From an uncultured virus (IMG/VR IMGVR_UViG_3300032216_000918) (taxonomy: Duplodnaviria > Heunggongvirae > Uroviricota > Caudoviricetes), in the IMG/VR virus record IMGVR_UViG_3300032216_000918: a DNA stretch of 64,000 nt; one strand, written 5' to 3'. Positions within the stretch are counted from its first letter, which is position 1. Each line of letters begins with the position of its first letter. Position numbers and translations under genes: made by a program. Positions 44,281-55,100 of this stretch are shown piece by piece. The notes under the pieces are model-generated. The model searched no databases and was not told where the DNA came from. It saw only the letters and a list, made by a program, of their open reading frames with translations.

Positions 44281-46119
44281 ATGTCAGGTGGCGGCGGCGG
44301 AAGTATAACTGGGAATAATTTCCTAGATATGGGCGTTATGATTGGTGCCAGTATGCTGGCACCTGAGCTTGCTCCTGAATTTTTAATGGCAGAAGAAGGC
44401 GGTCTAGGCCTTTCTGCTGCCCAAGCTGCCGGTGTTACTGGTGCTGCTTTAGGTGGTGGTATTCAAGCTATTGCTGGTGGTAACCCTCTTATGGGTGCAA
44501 TTACTGGCGGTATTGGCGGTTATGGCGCAGGCGGTGGATTTAATGGTTTGTTTGGCGGGGCTGAAACTGCTAACCCTTCTGGTTTAACAACAACCACTGG
44601 TGGTGGTATTACAGCCGCAGCTCCTGCAGCGGTTGGCCCTGAAGTTGCTGGTACGATTGGTGCATCTCAGTATGCCCCAGAATTTATGAGCGAGGCTGTT
44701 CCAAATGTAGCCCCAGAAGTCGGAGCTACTGGAGATATGGCTAGAAGCGCAGCTACTGGAGGAGCGCAAGTTGACGTTAATGGTCTACCATATAGTTCTA
44801 CCCCAGCCCCTACAAACCAAGTTCCCGGCGTAGATCAAGCATCTAAAGGCTGGTTTGGTAGCTTAAGCCCTTTAGCAAAAGCCGGTGTTGTAGGTGCTGG
44901 TGGTTTGGGAGCTTACTATTTACTTAACCAAGACAAGAAAAATTATGGTGTCCCAGCCAGTGCAACGCAGCCATATACCGGTGGTAATTTAGATAAACTC
45001 CACTACGACCCATCAAAGTACACACCTACAATAGCCCAGCCACCTAACCCAGTTTACCAAGCTAACTATGCTGGATATGCAAGACCGCCAGGTTATGCGG
45101 GTGGTGGTTTGCTTGACCCTAATTCTGAACCCGTTGATTTTATGGGCGGCGATATGTACCCACAGAGCCAACAACAGCGCTCTTATTATGCTACCCCAAC
45201 GCAAATGCCTACAAGCGCGCAGCAATCGGCAGCTTCTTACGAGCCTAAAACAAACCCATTAACAGGTGAGCCAAGTGTAGGTATGGCTGATGGGGGTTTA
45301 ACTTCTATTGCTCCTCCAGGTCAATTTTCTACACCTGTGCCAGATTACTCCTCAATGTACTTTGACCCCCAAACAGGTCAGTATGTTTCTAACCAAAAAC
45401 ATCAATCTGATTTAATTGCCCTTGCAGCTACAAAAGCTGCTCAAGATAAAGCTGCTGCCGATGCCGCCGCTGCCGCTGCCGCAAATGCAGGAGGAGGTGG
45501 GGGTGATGGTGGAGCTGGAGCTGGAGCTGGGGCTGGAACTGGGGCTGGGGCTGGGGGCACTGGTGGTGATGGTGGCGGAGACGGTGGTGATGCTCGTGGT
45601 GGTTACTATTCTAGAAATCGTTTTGATTACCATCCAGCAAAAATGGCCGGTGGTGGTTCTGGTATAGATGCCTTAAAAGATTTAATGGGTAGTCGCGCAG
45701 CAATTCAAAAATACAAAAGCCAATATTCTCAAAGCCCTTCAGCAGTTTATTCTAAAGCGCAAGACGGCGACTATAACGCTATGCTAGCTCTTAACCATCT
45801 ACGCGGCACCCCTAATGCAAACTATGCTAGCGGGGGTATTTCTAGTTTAGGAGGTTACTCAGATGGTGGACGTATGCTTAAAGGTCCTGGCGATGGTATG
45901 TCTGACAGCATCCCTGCTACTATTAAGGGCAAGCAGCCAGCCCGTTTGGCTGACAACGAGTTTGTTGTGCCTGCGGATGTTGTCTCTCATCTTGGGAATG
46001 GCTCTTCTGACGCTGGTGCTAAAAAACTATATAACATGATGGACAAAGTAAGAAAAGCAAGGACTGGTAAATCTAAACAAGCGCCTGCAATTAAAGCTGA
46101 TAAATACTTGCCCGCATGA
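44281..46119 (+). CDS. Putative internal virion/ejection protein with multiple xAxGG motifs
   Basis: Gly/Ala-rich; C-terminal GPGDG.SDSIPA...RLA.NEFV.PADVV domain. Confidence 0.65.
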   Translation: MSGGGGGSITGNNFLDMGVMIGASMLAPELAPEFLMAEEGGLGLSAAQAAGVTGAALGGGIQAIAGGNPLMGAITGGIGGYGAGGGFNGLFGGAETANPSGLTTTTGGGITAAAPAAVGPEVAGTIGASQYAPEFMSEAVPNVAPEVGATGDMARSAATGGAQVDVNGLPYSSTPAPTNQVPGVDQASKGWFGSLSPLAKAGVVGAGGLGAYYLLNQDKKNYGVPASATQPYTGGNLDKLHYDPSKYTPTIAQPPNPVYQANYAGYARPPGYAGGGLLDPNSEPVDFMGGDMYPQSQQQRSYYATPTQMPTSAQQSAASYEPKTNPLTGEPSVGMADGGLTSIAPPGQFSTPVPDYSSMYFDPQTGQYVSNQKHQSDLIALAATKAAQDKAAADAAAAAAANAGGGGGDGGAGAGAGAGTGAGAGGTGGDGGGDGGDARGGYYSRNRFDYHPAKMAGGGSGIDALKDLMGSRAAIQKYKSQYSQSPSAVYSKAQDGDYNAMLALNHLRGTPNANYASGGISSLGGYSDGGRMLKGPGDGMSDSIPATIKGKQPARLADNEFVVPADVVSHLGNGSSDAGAKKLYNMMDKVRKARTGKSKQAPAIKADKYLPA

Positions 46120-46529
46120 CATTAACAGTTCGCCATATATCAGTTCAGTACATTGCTCAGGCTTGGCCTTTGGTTGAAAAATATTTGTCTGATGCAGTAG
46201 CGTGGGGTGGCGGTGATTATAGTCTAGAGCAAGTGCAAGTTTATTTAAGCCAAGGAAATTGGGTTTTGTTGGCAGCAGTAGACGAACAAGGAGCAGTACA
46301 CGGAGCAGCAACAGTAACGTTTTTAAATTATCCAAATGATAGGGTTGCGTTTATTACATTTATAGGCGGTAAGTTAATTTCAAATAAAGACACATTTGGG
46401 CAACTTAAAGATTTACTAAAAGCTAATGGAGCCACTAAAATACAGGGTGCGGCTAGAGAATCAATTGCCCGTTTGTGGAGTCGTTATGGGTTTGAAGAGC
46501 GGTATAGAATTGTAGAGACAAATATATGA
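46116..46529 (+). CDS. GNAT-fold virion assembly protein (P22 gp14 / T7 gp13-like)
   Basis: Position before ejection proteins; GA..I.G..R...RLW..YGF. Confidence 0.55.
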   Translation: MTLTVRHISVQYIAQAWPLVEKYLSDAVAWGGGDYSLEQVQVYLSQGNWVLLAAVDEQGAVHGAATVTFLNYPNDRVAFITFIGGKLISNKDTFGQLKDLLKANGATKIQGAARESIARLWSRYGFEERYRIVETNI

Positions 46530-47632
46530 AAACAAATTATTCCAGACGCGAACTTTACGCACTAGGCGAAACCCTAGGTAATTCTGCCACCTATAAAAAA
46601 GTTACAGGTGGTTTAGTTCTTGGTGGTGGTGGTGGCGGTTCTCCTCCCCCTCCTCCTGCTTCCGCACAGCCAACTACAACAAACGTACAAAACACAAACA
46701 TCCCAGAATATGCTCGCCCCTATGTAGAGACAATGCTTGGAACTACTCAACAGCAGCTGTATAACTACGATTCTAGTGGTAACGTAACTGGTTTAAAACC
46801 ATACCAGCCATACAGCCAAAACCCAACTGACTATGTAGCGGGCTTTAGCCCAATGCAACAGGCAGCGCAGGAACAAACGGCTAATCTACAAGTTCCTGGA
46901 CAGTTTGGTGCAGCTACACAAATGACTGGTGTGGGCGGTCTAGGTACTCTTGGTACTGCTAGGCAAGAAGCGCAAGCTGGTAATCGTTACAACCAGATGG
47001 CTACAAACCCAAATGCTATGGGCGCTTTTATGAACCCATACGTTCAAAACTCTTTGCAACCCCAGCTTAATTTAATTGCGCAACAAGGTGGGATTCAGGG
47101 TTCGCAACAACAGGGTGCTGCTACTCAGGCGGGTGCTTTTGGTGGATCTCGGAATGCTTTACAACAAAGTTTAAATCAACAAAACACTTTACTGGCGCAG
47201 CAACAAGCTATTGGTCAAGGATACAACCAAGCGTATAACCAAGCTCAACAATCTATGCAGTATGGGGCTGGGTTAGGCTTACAAGGTCAACAAGCCGCTC
47301 AAGCAGGTTATGGTCAATTAGGTCAGCTCGGTGGCCAGCTTGCTGGTATTGGCGGTCAACAGTTAGGTGCTCAGCAAAGTATTATTGCAGCTCAAAGCCA
47401 GGCTGGTACACAACAGCAGCAGCAGCAACAGAATATTATTAATCAAGCTGTACAAAATTATGCTACTGCACAGCAGTACCCACAACAACAGCTATCGTTT
47501 ATGAATGCTATGTTGCGCGGTTTGCCTACCCAACAAACTACTACAAATTCATACCAAGCTACCCCAAGTACGTTAAATCAGATTACAGGTTTGGGTGTTG
47601 CTGGTTTGGGCGCGTATCAAGCTTTTAAATAA
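46526..47632 (+). CDS. Putative DNA ejection/pilot protein
   Basis: GGGGGG near N-terminus; Q/G-rich; AGAFGGSR motif; hydrophobic C-terminus. Confidence 0.65.
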   Translation: MKTNYSRRELYALGETLGNSATYKKVTGGLVLGGGGGGSPPPPPASAQPTTTNVQNTNIPEYARPYVETMLGTTQQQLYNYDSSGNVTGLKPYQPYSQNPTDYVAGFSPMQQAAQEQTANLQVPGQFGAATQMTGVGGLGTLGTARQEAQAGNRYNQMATNPNAMGAFMNPYVQNSLQPQLNLIAQQGGIQGSQQQGAATQAGAFGGSRNALQQSLNQQNTLLAQQQAIGQGYNQAYNQAQQSMQYGAGLGLQGQQAAQAGYGQLGQLGGQLAGIGGQQLGAQQSIIAAQSQAGTQQQQQQQNIINQAVQNYATAQQYPQQQLSFMNAMLRGLPTQQTTTNSYQATPSTLNQITGLGVAGLGAYQAFK

Positions 47633-47645
47633 TAAGGAATAGACT

Positions 47646-49103
47646 ATGCTCGGCATGGAACAAATGTACAAGATGGCGCTTGATCCGCGCATCTATCCAG
47701 ACTCACGTTTACTTTCTATTATGCAAGGCAGAGACCAGTCTTTACCTATGGCTATTGCCATGGCTGCCAAACAACAACGCGACAAGCTACATACTGCTGG
47801 GCAAGGACAAGAAGCACAACAAGGCGCTAAACAACCTACAATTAAAGACCAGATGCTGGCTCGCGATTTACCCCCTGAACATTCTGGTTTAGGTATGTTA
47901 CCTGCTGAAAATATGCAGGGCATGGATGAAGTTCATATGGCTGGCGGCGGAATTATTGCGTTTGCTAATACAGGTAGTGTGCCGGCTCCTGAGGGTGATA
48001 TTAAACTTGAAAGCGATGAAGATAAACAGTCTAAAAAAGATAGAAGCGATTTAAAGTACGGTTGGGAACACACTAAAGCAGCGGCTCGTGATATTTTGAC
48101 TTTACCTGGTCGTGGTATTGCTGGCGCTTTTGAAACTGCTGTAACTCGCCCAGTTCGTGCAATGGGCATTGATATGCCTTATTTGCCAGCTAGTTTTTAT
48201 GGTGGAGATGCTAGCTCATTAACCCCGCATATGGATCAGCTACGTAGAGCAGAGGCGGCTGCCGCCCCTCAAACTGGAGCAACAACACCAACAATTAACA
48301 ATACCCCAACTGCTGCTGAATTAGCAACGTTGCAAAAAGGCGGCCCACAAGCCGGAGGCCTTACTAAAGAACAGCAAGATGTAATCAACGCTAAGAACGC
48401 TAATAACCCAATAAAAACAGGTGGTGTAGGTACACCCCCTGCAGCAGCGCCTGTTGCAAACCAAGACCAAGGTATAGCTGGGTTAGCAAAACGCCCAGAT
48501 AGATACGCTGGTTTAGGTGAAACACAAGAAGCGTTTGATAAAAAAATAACTGGTGAAAAAAATGCTGCTCAAGGCGAATTTTTAATGAACATTGGTCTTA
48601 AAATGATGACCACAGTTGGCCCAATCGGTAAAGCTGTTGGTGAAGGCGGTTTGGCTGGATTGCCCGGTTTAACCGCTAGCCGTAAGACTATTAATGAGCT
48701 TGAGAAAAACCGTAAAGATTACCAGCTTAATATGGCTAAATACCAAACTGCTGCCGATGAGGGTGACCAAGAGTTAGCGTTTAAATACAAGCATTTGGCA
48801 GAACAATCAGTCTACCATGCAGGTCTTGTAACTGCTGACATGATGAAAGCCCGCGCTTATTCTGCTGGGGTTGGAAGTAAAGAAGATATGGCCGACCAAC
48901 GGCGTGAAACTTCTATTATGGGTATTGCTAAAGGCTTGCTTGAGAAAAACATGAAGTACAACATGCCAAACACTAAACCTGAAGAACGCCAGGCTATGGA
49001 ACAAGCAGCTATTAATTCTGCGGTTAACATGTATAATAACGCTAAAACCGCTACTAAAGGTAGCGCTGGGTTTAAACTGCTAGGTGTAGAACAACAAGGC
49101 TAA
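47646..49103 (+). CDS. Putative internal virion/ejection protein
   Basis: MAGGGIIAFA motif; position between pilot and large virion protein. Confidence 0.55.
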   Translation: MLGMEQMYKMALDPRIYPDSRLLSIMQGRDQSLPMAIAMAAKQQRDKLHTAGQGQEAQQGAKQPTIKDQMLARDLPPEHSGLGMLPAENMQGMDEVHMAGGGIIAFANTGSVPAPEGDIKLESDEDKQSKKDRSDLKYGWEHTKAAARDILTLPGRGIAGAFETAVTRPVRAMGIDMPYLPASFYGGDASSLTPHMDQLRRAEAAAAPQTGATTPTINNTPTAAELATLQKGGPQAGGLTKEQQDVINAKNANNPIKTGGVGTPPAAAPVANQDQGIAGLAKRPDRYAGLGETQEAFDKKITGEKNAAQGEFLMNIGLKMMTTVGPIGKAVGEGGLAGLPGLTASRKTINELEKNRKDYQLNMAKYQTAADEGDQELAFKYKHLAEQSVYHAGLVTADMMKARAYSAGVGSKEDMADQRRETSIMGIAKGLLEKNMKYNMPNTKPEERQAMEQAAINSAVNMYNNAKTATKGSAGFKLLGVEQQG

Positions 49104-49106
49104 AAT

Positions 49107-52100
49107 ATGGCGATTTACCGCGTTCAGGGTCCGGATGGAAACATTTACAAAATCGAAGGACCGGACGGGGCTAAACCCCATGATATTGAAGCTTTTGCCG
49201 CGCAGCAGTATGCAAACCGTACTCAAGCGGCAGCAACTCCTACCGAACCAGAAGTTAAACCAGATACAGGCGCATTTACGGGGTCAGCTAAAGCTGGATT
49301 AGCTGGGTTAAAAGCTGGGGCACATCGTGTTGCGGGTAAATTAGGCTTAGAAGATATTGGTAAAGCCGAAGAAGAAGCCAAAAAGCAAGAAAAATACGCA
49401 GAACAAATTTATAAGCCAACCGAAGAAGGTTGGCTTGAAGCCCCGTGGACTAAATTAAAAGAAACAGCTGGCGGCTCTTTGCCGTACACGGTTGCCCCTG
49501 TGATAGCTGGTGCTGCTGTTGGTGCCGCTCCTGTTGCAGGAGCTCTTGGCTTAGGCGCTACTACTGCCGCCATGTTAGGTGCGGGCGCGGCTTCTGCTGC
49601 CCAGTTTACTGGTTCTAACCTTTCACGCCAAGTCCAAGAAGGTAAATCATTACAAGACGCTAGCCTTATGCAGGCAGCTGCGGCGGCTATTCCTCAAGCT
49701 GCTTTAGACGTAGTTGGTTTGAGATACATTCCCGGCATTCAAAAGATATTTAAATCTGTAGGGCAAGACATAACTGAGCAAGCAGCTAAAAAAATGCTTG
49801 AGCAAGGCACACTGCGTACAGCTGGTCAGTATATTGCTGGCGGTGCAAAGATTGCTGGTATTGAAGGCGCTACAGAAGCTGGACAACAATTCTTTGAGCG
49901 TTTACAAGCCGGCCTGAACATAGCAGACCCCGAAGCCCGTAAAGAGTATCTTGACAATTTTATTGGCGGCGCTGCACTAGGAGCTGTTGCTTCTCCGTTT
50001 GGTGTTCGTGGTACTCGTGGACAAGCAAAAGAAGTAGTAGCTAAAGCACAGGCCGGACGTGATGCACAAGCACTCCAAGAAGAAGAAAACCGCAAAGCTC
50101 AAGAAGCCGAAACATTGGCTGCCCAAAAAGAAATGCAGGGCATGGCTCCTAGCGGCTTAACGGAAGTTGAAACAGAACAAAATAGAATTCGTTTAGAGCG
50201 TTCTGCCGCACAAATCACAGATCAAAGACGTGTATTAGAAAATAAATTAGACGAATTGCGCACACAAGCAAGCGAAGAAACTGATTTAGGTAAGTTACAA
50301 GCGATTAGCGAAGAAGCACAAAAGTACCATACTGCGTTAGACGATATTGACCCAGATAAAATTAAAACTCAAATTGCTTCTTTAGCAAAAGATAACACAG
50401 CCATTCAAAAGCAGCTTAAGAAAATTAAGGATGATCCAGAAGCGGCCGCTGAACTTCAAACTAGCTTGGAACAAAACCAAACTAAAGCGCAAGAACTAAC
50501 TGATCGTTTAGCTGCAATTGCCCATTCAAACCAAAAAGAAGTTACTGCTGAAAAAATTAATTCAGACCTAGCCAAGAAACAAAAAGCGCTAGATAAAGCT
50601 AAGAGTGAAGGTGACTTGCTTTCTGTTGGCAAAATTGTTCAGTCAATGAAAGAATTGCAAGCGCAGCATCCAGGCGAACAACCATCTTTATTTGAAGGCG
50701 AAGGTGAAGATACAACCTACCCTGATTACCAAAAGCGGTTGGCTGAAGAAGACCGTCAGCGTAAAGCTAAGTCACAAGAAGTGTTAGACCAAGAAGCCAT
50801 TGAAAACTATCAACAGCAAGAGATTGCGCAGTCTATTGGCGAAAAACCTAAGCTAAGCAAGTATAAAGAAGAAATGACTCAAGATGAGTACATGGATTTG
50901 TTGTCTCAAAAGCTAGTCGATCTTCATACACGCCCAGATACACATGTTCCTGCTCCGTTAACTCCAGCACAAAAGGCAGCTGAAACTAAACGTGTAAATG
51001 CTATTAATGCGGCTAAAGCAGACTTTGATGCAAAAAGTAAAGAGTACCAAGATTTAGTAGCTAAAGCCGATGAATTGGGCCGTGGTGAAAAAGGGCGTGG
51101 TACAGAAATTTATACTGCTCGCGGTGATGTTGCAGCGTTAGGTAAGCAAGTGGAAGCCGCTAGAAAAGCGGCCAATGAAGCTAAAGCAAAAATGATTGCG
51201 GCTATTCCAGATGGCACAAAAACAACAATTGAATCTGGTCGTGCTAGCGAAGCAGCGCAAGACGTACACCTTTTAGACCTTACAGACACTATAGATAGTA
51301 TGCGTAAGGGTGAATGGTTTGGTGGCCCAAACCCAGAAATGGCTACTGGTTCATTAGCAACCAAAACTATGAAAGCCCGTAAGTCTTTGGATAAGTACAT
51401 CCAAGCTACCGTAAGTAATATTAACTATGCTCGTTTAGCAAAAGGCATGGACCGCCTTAATGAAAAAGAAAAAGCGGACATAGTTCATACTTTAGATAAG
51501 CTCATGACTGGAAAAATTCAGCGGGCTACTGGCAAAAAAGCCATGAATTTGATAATAGCTGACAGGCTAAAATCTCCTATCCAAGAAAATCTAAATAAAA
51601 TTAATGACCAAATTGCTACGCTCAGAAAAAACGGGCAGACAATTCGCACGTCCCCAGCAATGGCGGAACTTACAAAACGTTCTCAAGCATACAAAGATGA
51701 AATAGCGAATATAGACGCTGCCGTTACTGAAAATAAAATTGATAAGCTAGTAAATAAAGGTAACTTAGATACTGAAGTTATGCGGGCGGCTTTGGAAAAA
51801 GCAGGATTCCGTTTTACAGAACAAGAAGTTCTTACTGGTTTCCATCGCAATGAATACAAAGCTGTTCAGCAAGAAGCTACCAAACTTAAAAATAAATACA
51901 CCAATCAAGGTGTTAAAGAAGTTGGCAAGTTACAAAAAATCCCCCCAGAGGGCGCTAGTCGATATGCAGTTCAAAATGTTCTTGCTAAAAAGCAAGCTGT
52001 TAAAAATGCTAAAGAAGTTAAGGCAGCTCCACAAAAAACAACGCAAGAACGCACAAAAGAAACAGAACAAGAAGCCGCTCAACAAACTGGTTTAGGTTTA

Positions 52101-55100
52101 GCCGGTAAAAAACAAACATTTGAAACAGCAGAAAAATTACAAGCCGCTTTGCCGCATCAAGGGCCTAAAGTACAAGCCGCGTTTAATTTTGCTAAACAGT
52201 ATTACAAAGAAATGCTTGCGCGTCGCAGCATGATTATGAATGCAAAACAACGCGAGGCTTTAAAAGCAGCGCGTAAAAAATACATTGAATCCCGTGCAGC
52301 ATTAAACCAACAATTTAAAAATAGCCGTGTTGATCCGCGCATTGCAAAAATAATGAATTGGATGGTAACCGCCGATGAAAAGACTGCTCGTTATAGAAAA
52401 GCTGAAAATTTAATCATTGGCATGGAAGAGAAAATGCAGCAACAGGTGTTTGCTAAAACCCCTAAGAAGCAGGTGGAGACTATTGCGCCTGCTAAAAAAG
52501 AAGAACAAGAAAAACTAACAGAAAAAGAACAACAGCTTAAAGAAGAGCTTGGCTATACTTTAGATAAAGAAAAAGTTGAAGAAGAAGTTGGCCGTATTTC
52601 AGAAATTGGCTTAGCTAAAATGCGTAAAACTATGCAAGACCGCGTAGATTTTATTACTAAACGCCTAGAATCACAAAAAGCTCCAGTTAAAGACCGTGAA
52701 AGTTTAGTCAAAGAAAAAGACAAACTTATGGCGCAAATTAAAGCAACTGATCAGATTCTTAATGCCCGCCGCATTGGTATGATTATTGGTCAAGCGCAAG
52801 AAGAAAAAGGTGCTAGACGATATAAAGCCACTAAGACCGAAAAGAAAATGGTTAAAGAAGGTAAGCTTGGTGAAAAAGGTATTACCCCCGAAGCTTATGA
52901 TCTTGTTCTTAAAGCATTTCATGAAAACCAAAAAGGGGCTTCAGAAGCTGATTTTAACCAAAAAATTAGAACGCTAACTTCAATTGAGCTGCGCTTAGAG
53001 CGTGCCGGTAAAGGCTACGCTAATGTACCTCCATTAACTGCTAAACGTAAAAAACAACTTGAAAAACAGCAAGCGTTGTTACGAGATGAATTAAAACCGT
53101 TTAATGATAAACAAACTGCAGAAGAAGAAGCTGAAGAACTTGGTATTAAAGATGTAGAAGCATATAAGCGTATGCTTAACGCTATGAATATTAAATTTTC
53201 TCGCGGTACACCTCAAGAAAGCCAGACAGTTAATGAAGTAGTTTCTACTTTAGAAAAAGCGTTTGGCGAAGAAGGCGTTTTAGGCAATCAAGATCTTGAA
53301 AATATGTTTGAGGTTAGCCAATTGCCTAAGGTTAGCGTGCTGCAGTCTATGGATACCGCTCCCAAATGGATTCGTGATTTGTATGCTGCGCATGTTCCAG
53401 CAGACGCTAAAGGATTTACTGATGGCGACAAAGCGTTTTTAATTGCTGACAATTTGGGAAAGAACGAGGCCCTTGGCGTTTTACTACATGAAGTTGGTAC
53501 GCATATTGGCTTTAAAAACTTCTTTAACAAAAACCAATACAACACACTTGTAAACGTAGTTAAAAAATGGGGGACGCTGGCAGACAACTCTATAGAAGCC
53601 AAAGTAGGTCGCTTGGCAAAAGAAAGAGTTGAAGCTGCTGGAACAGCAGAAAAAGATGTAAACGACGAGCTCTTAGCTTATGCAATAGAAGAAGCCGTTA
53701 AATTAGGCATAGATCCATATGCTATGAAAGGCGGTCGGCCTATTACAAATTGGCTACGCTCTTTATTTGATGCGTTTAAAAAATACCTTAAGCAAATAGG
53801 TTTATCGCCAGAAACATTAACGGCCGGTGATCTAGTTAACATGGCATATGGTGCGGCGCATTTAGAATTACATGGTACTTGGCATGGTTCTCCTGTTAAA
53901 TTTAAAAAATTTGATTTAACTAAAGCTGGAACTGGAGAAAAAGAAGTAACAGATCGTTTTACCCAAGAAAGAATTGGTAATGGCCCGTATGTTACTAATA
54001 GCGAAGAAATGGCTAAAACGTATTATGCAAAAACGCTAGCTATGTCCAAAGCCGCAAAAAAAACTCTTGAGTATGATGGCGAAAAATGGGACCCAGAACC
54101 GCAGCCAGAAGATGCGCCAGCTAAAAAACGCGCTATTCAAGCTATGCTAACGACGTACATGGCTAGTGTTCGAGATGGCGGCGTAACTGATCCCGCACAT
54201 AACAAAGCTGTAAAAAATTTCATTGAGCACTATATAACTAACGCTAGCAGTCCACAAGAACGTGAACTTTTTAAATCACTAGATCCAGCAAAAATTAAAG
54301 TTGAGTGGGGCAAAAATCCTGCTGGTCACTTATACCGCACACTAGATGATGTACCTAAAGATAAAGTCTACCAAGTTTATGGTAACCAAATTAGACAAGG
54401 GCAAAACCCAAAACTAGATGCGCTTGTTGAAAAGTTTGGTTCTCCACACGGCTCAAAAGGGCCTTGGGATTACGATGATGGGGATGGCCCATATCATCCT
54501 GGTAATTTTTTATGGTTTGACCTTGTTAAAAAATTTGGCGATGTTAAAGCTGGAGAGTTGCTGCATGAAGCAAGTTTTGACGCAATTGAAAGAACAGATA
54601 AAAATGGCCACCATGAACGCGCATATCTTGGCGGCTACTTACCAGAAATATTTGGGGTAGATTTAAACACGGTTGGAACTAGTGGTGTTAGAGATAGATT
54701 TGATCGCGTTAAAGAAGGCGAATTGCTATTTAGCAGAGGCCCAAAGTACAACAGTACATTTTCTGATTTAGGCGATGACGTAAATAAGATTGTCCACGCT
54801 AACAAAAGTGTGCGCGATAAAGTTCATGCAGCGGCGGCTGGCTTTAAAACCCCTAAAGACATTATTAAAGACGGCGGCGCGTTATCTCCTAAAAATATTT
54901 TAGCCCTGCGTACCAGACTTATTGATCGTTTTGCACCCATGGAAAAAGTTGCTGAAGCGCTATCAAAAATGCAAAGTTCTTTAGAAGGCACTCAGTTAAT
55001 GTATTACCTGCGTATGTTTGATCAAGGTATTAACTGGGTAGCTCAGACTGCTTCGCATGGCCCAATGAGTATCATTGAGAAGAAACGCGCAGACGGTAAA

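Noticed and set aside
45529..45557. G-quadruplex-capable run
   Set aside because: Fully explained by Gly-Ala codon repeats in a low-complexity linker
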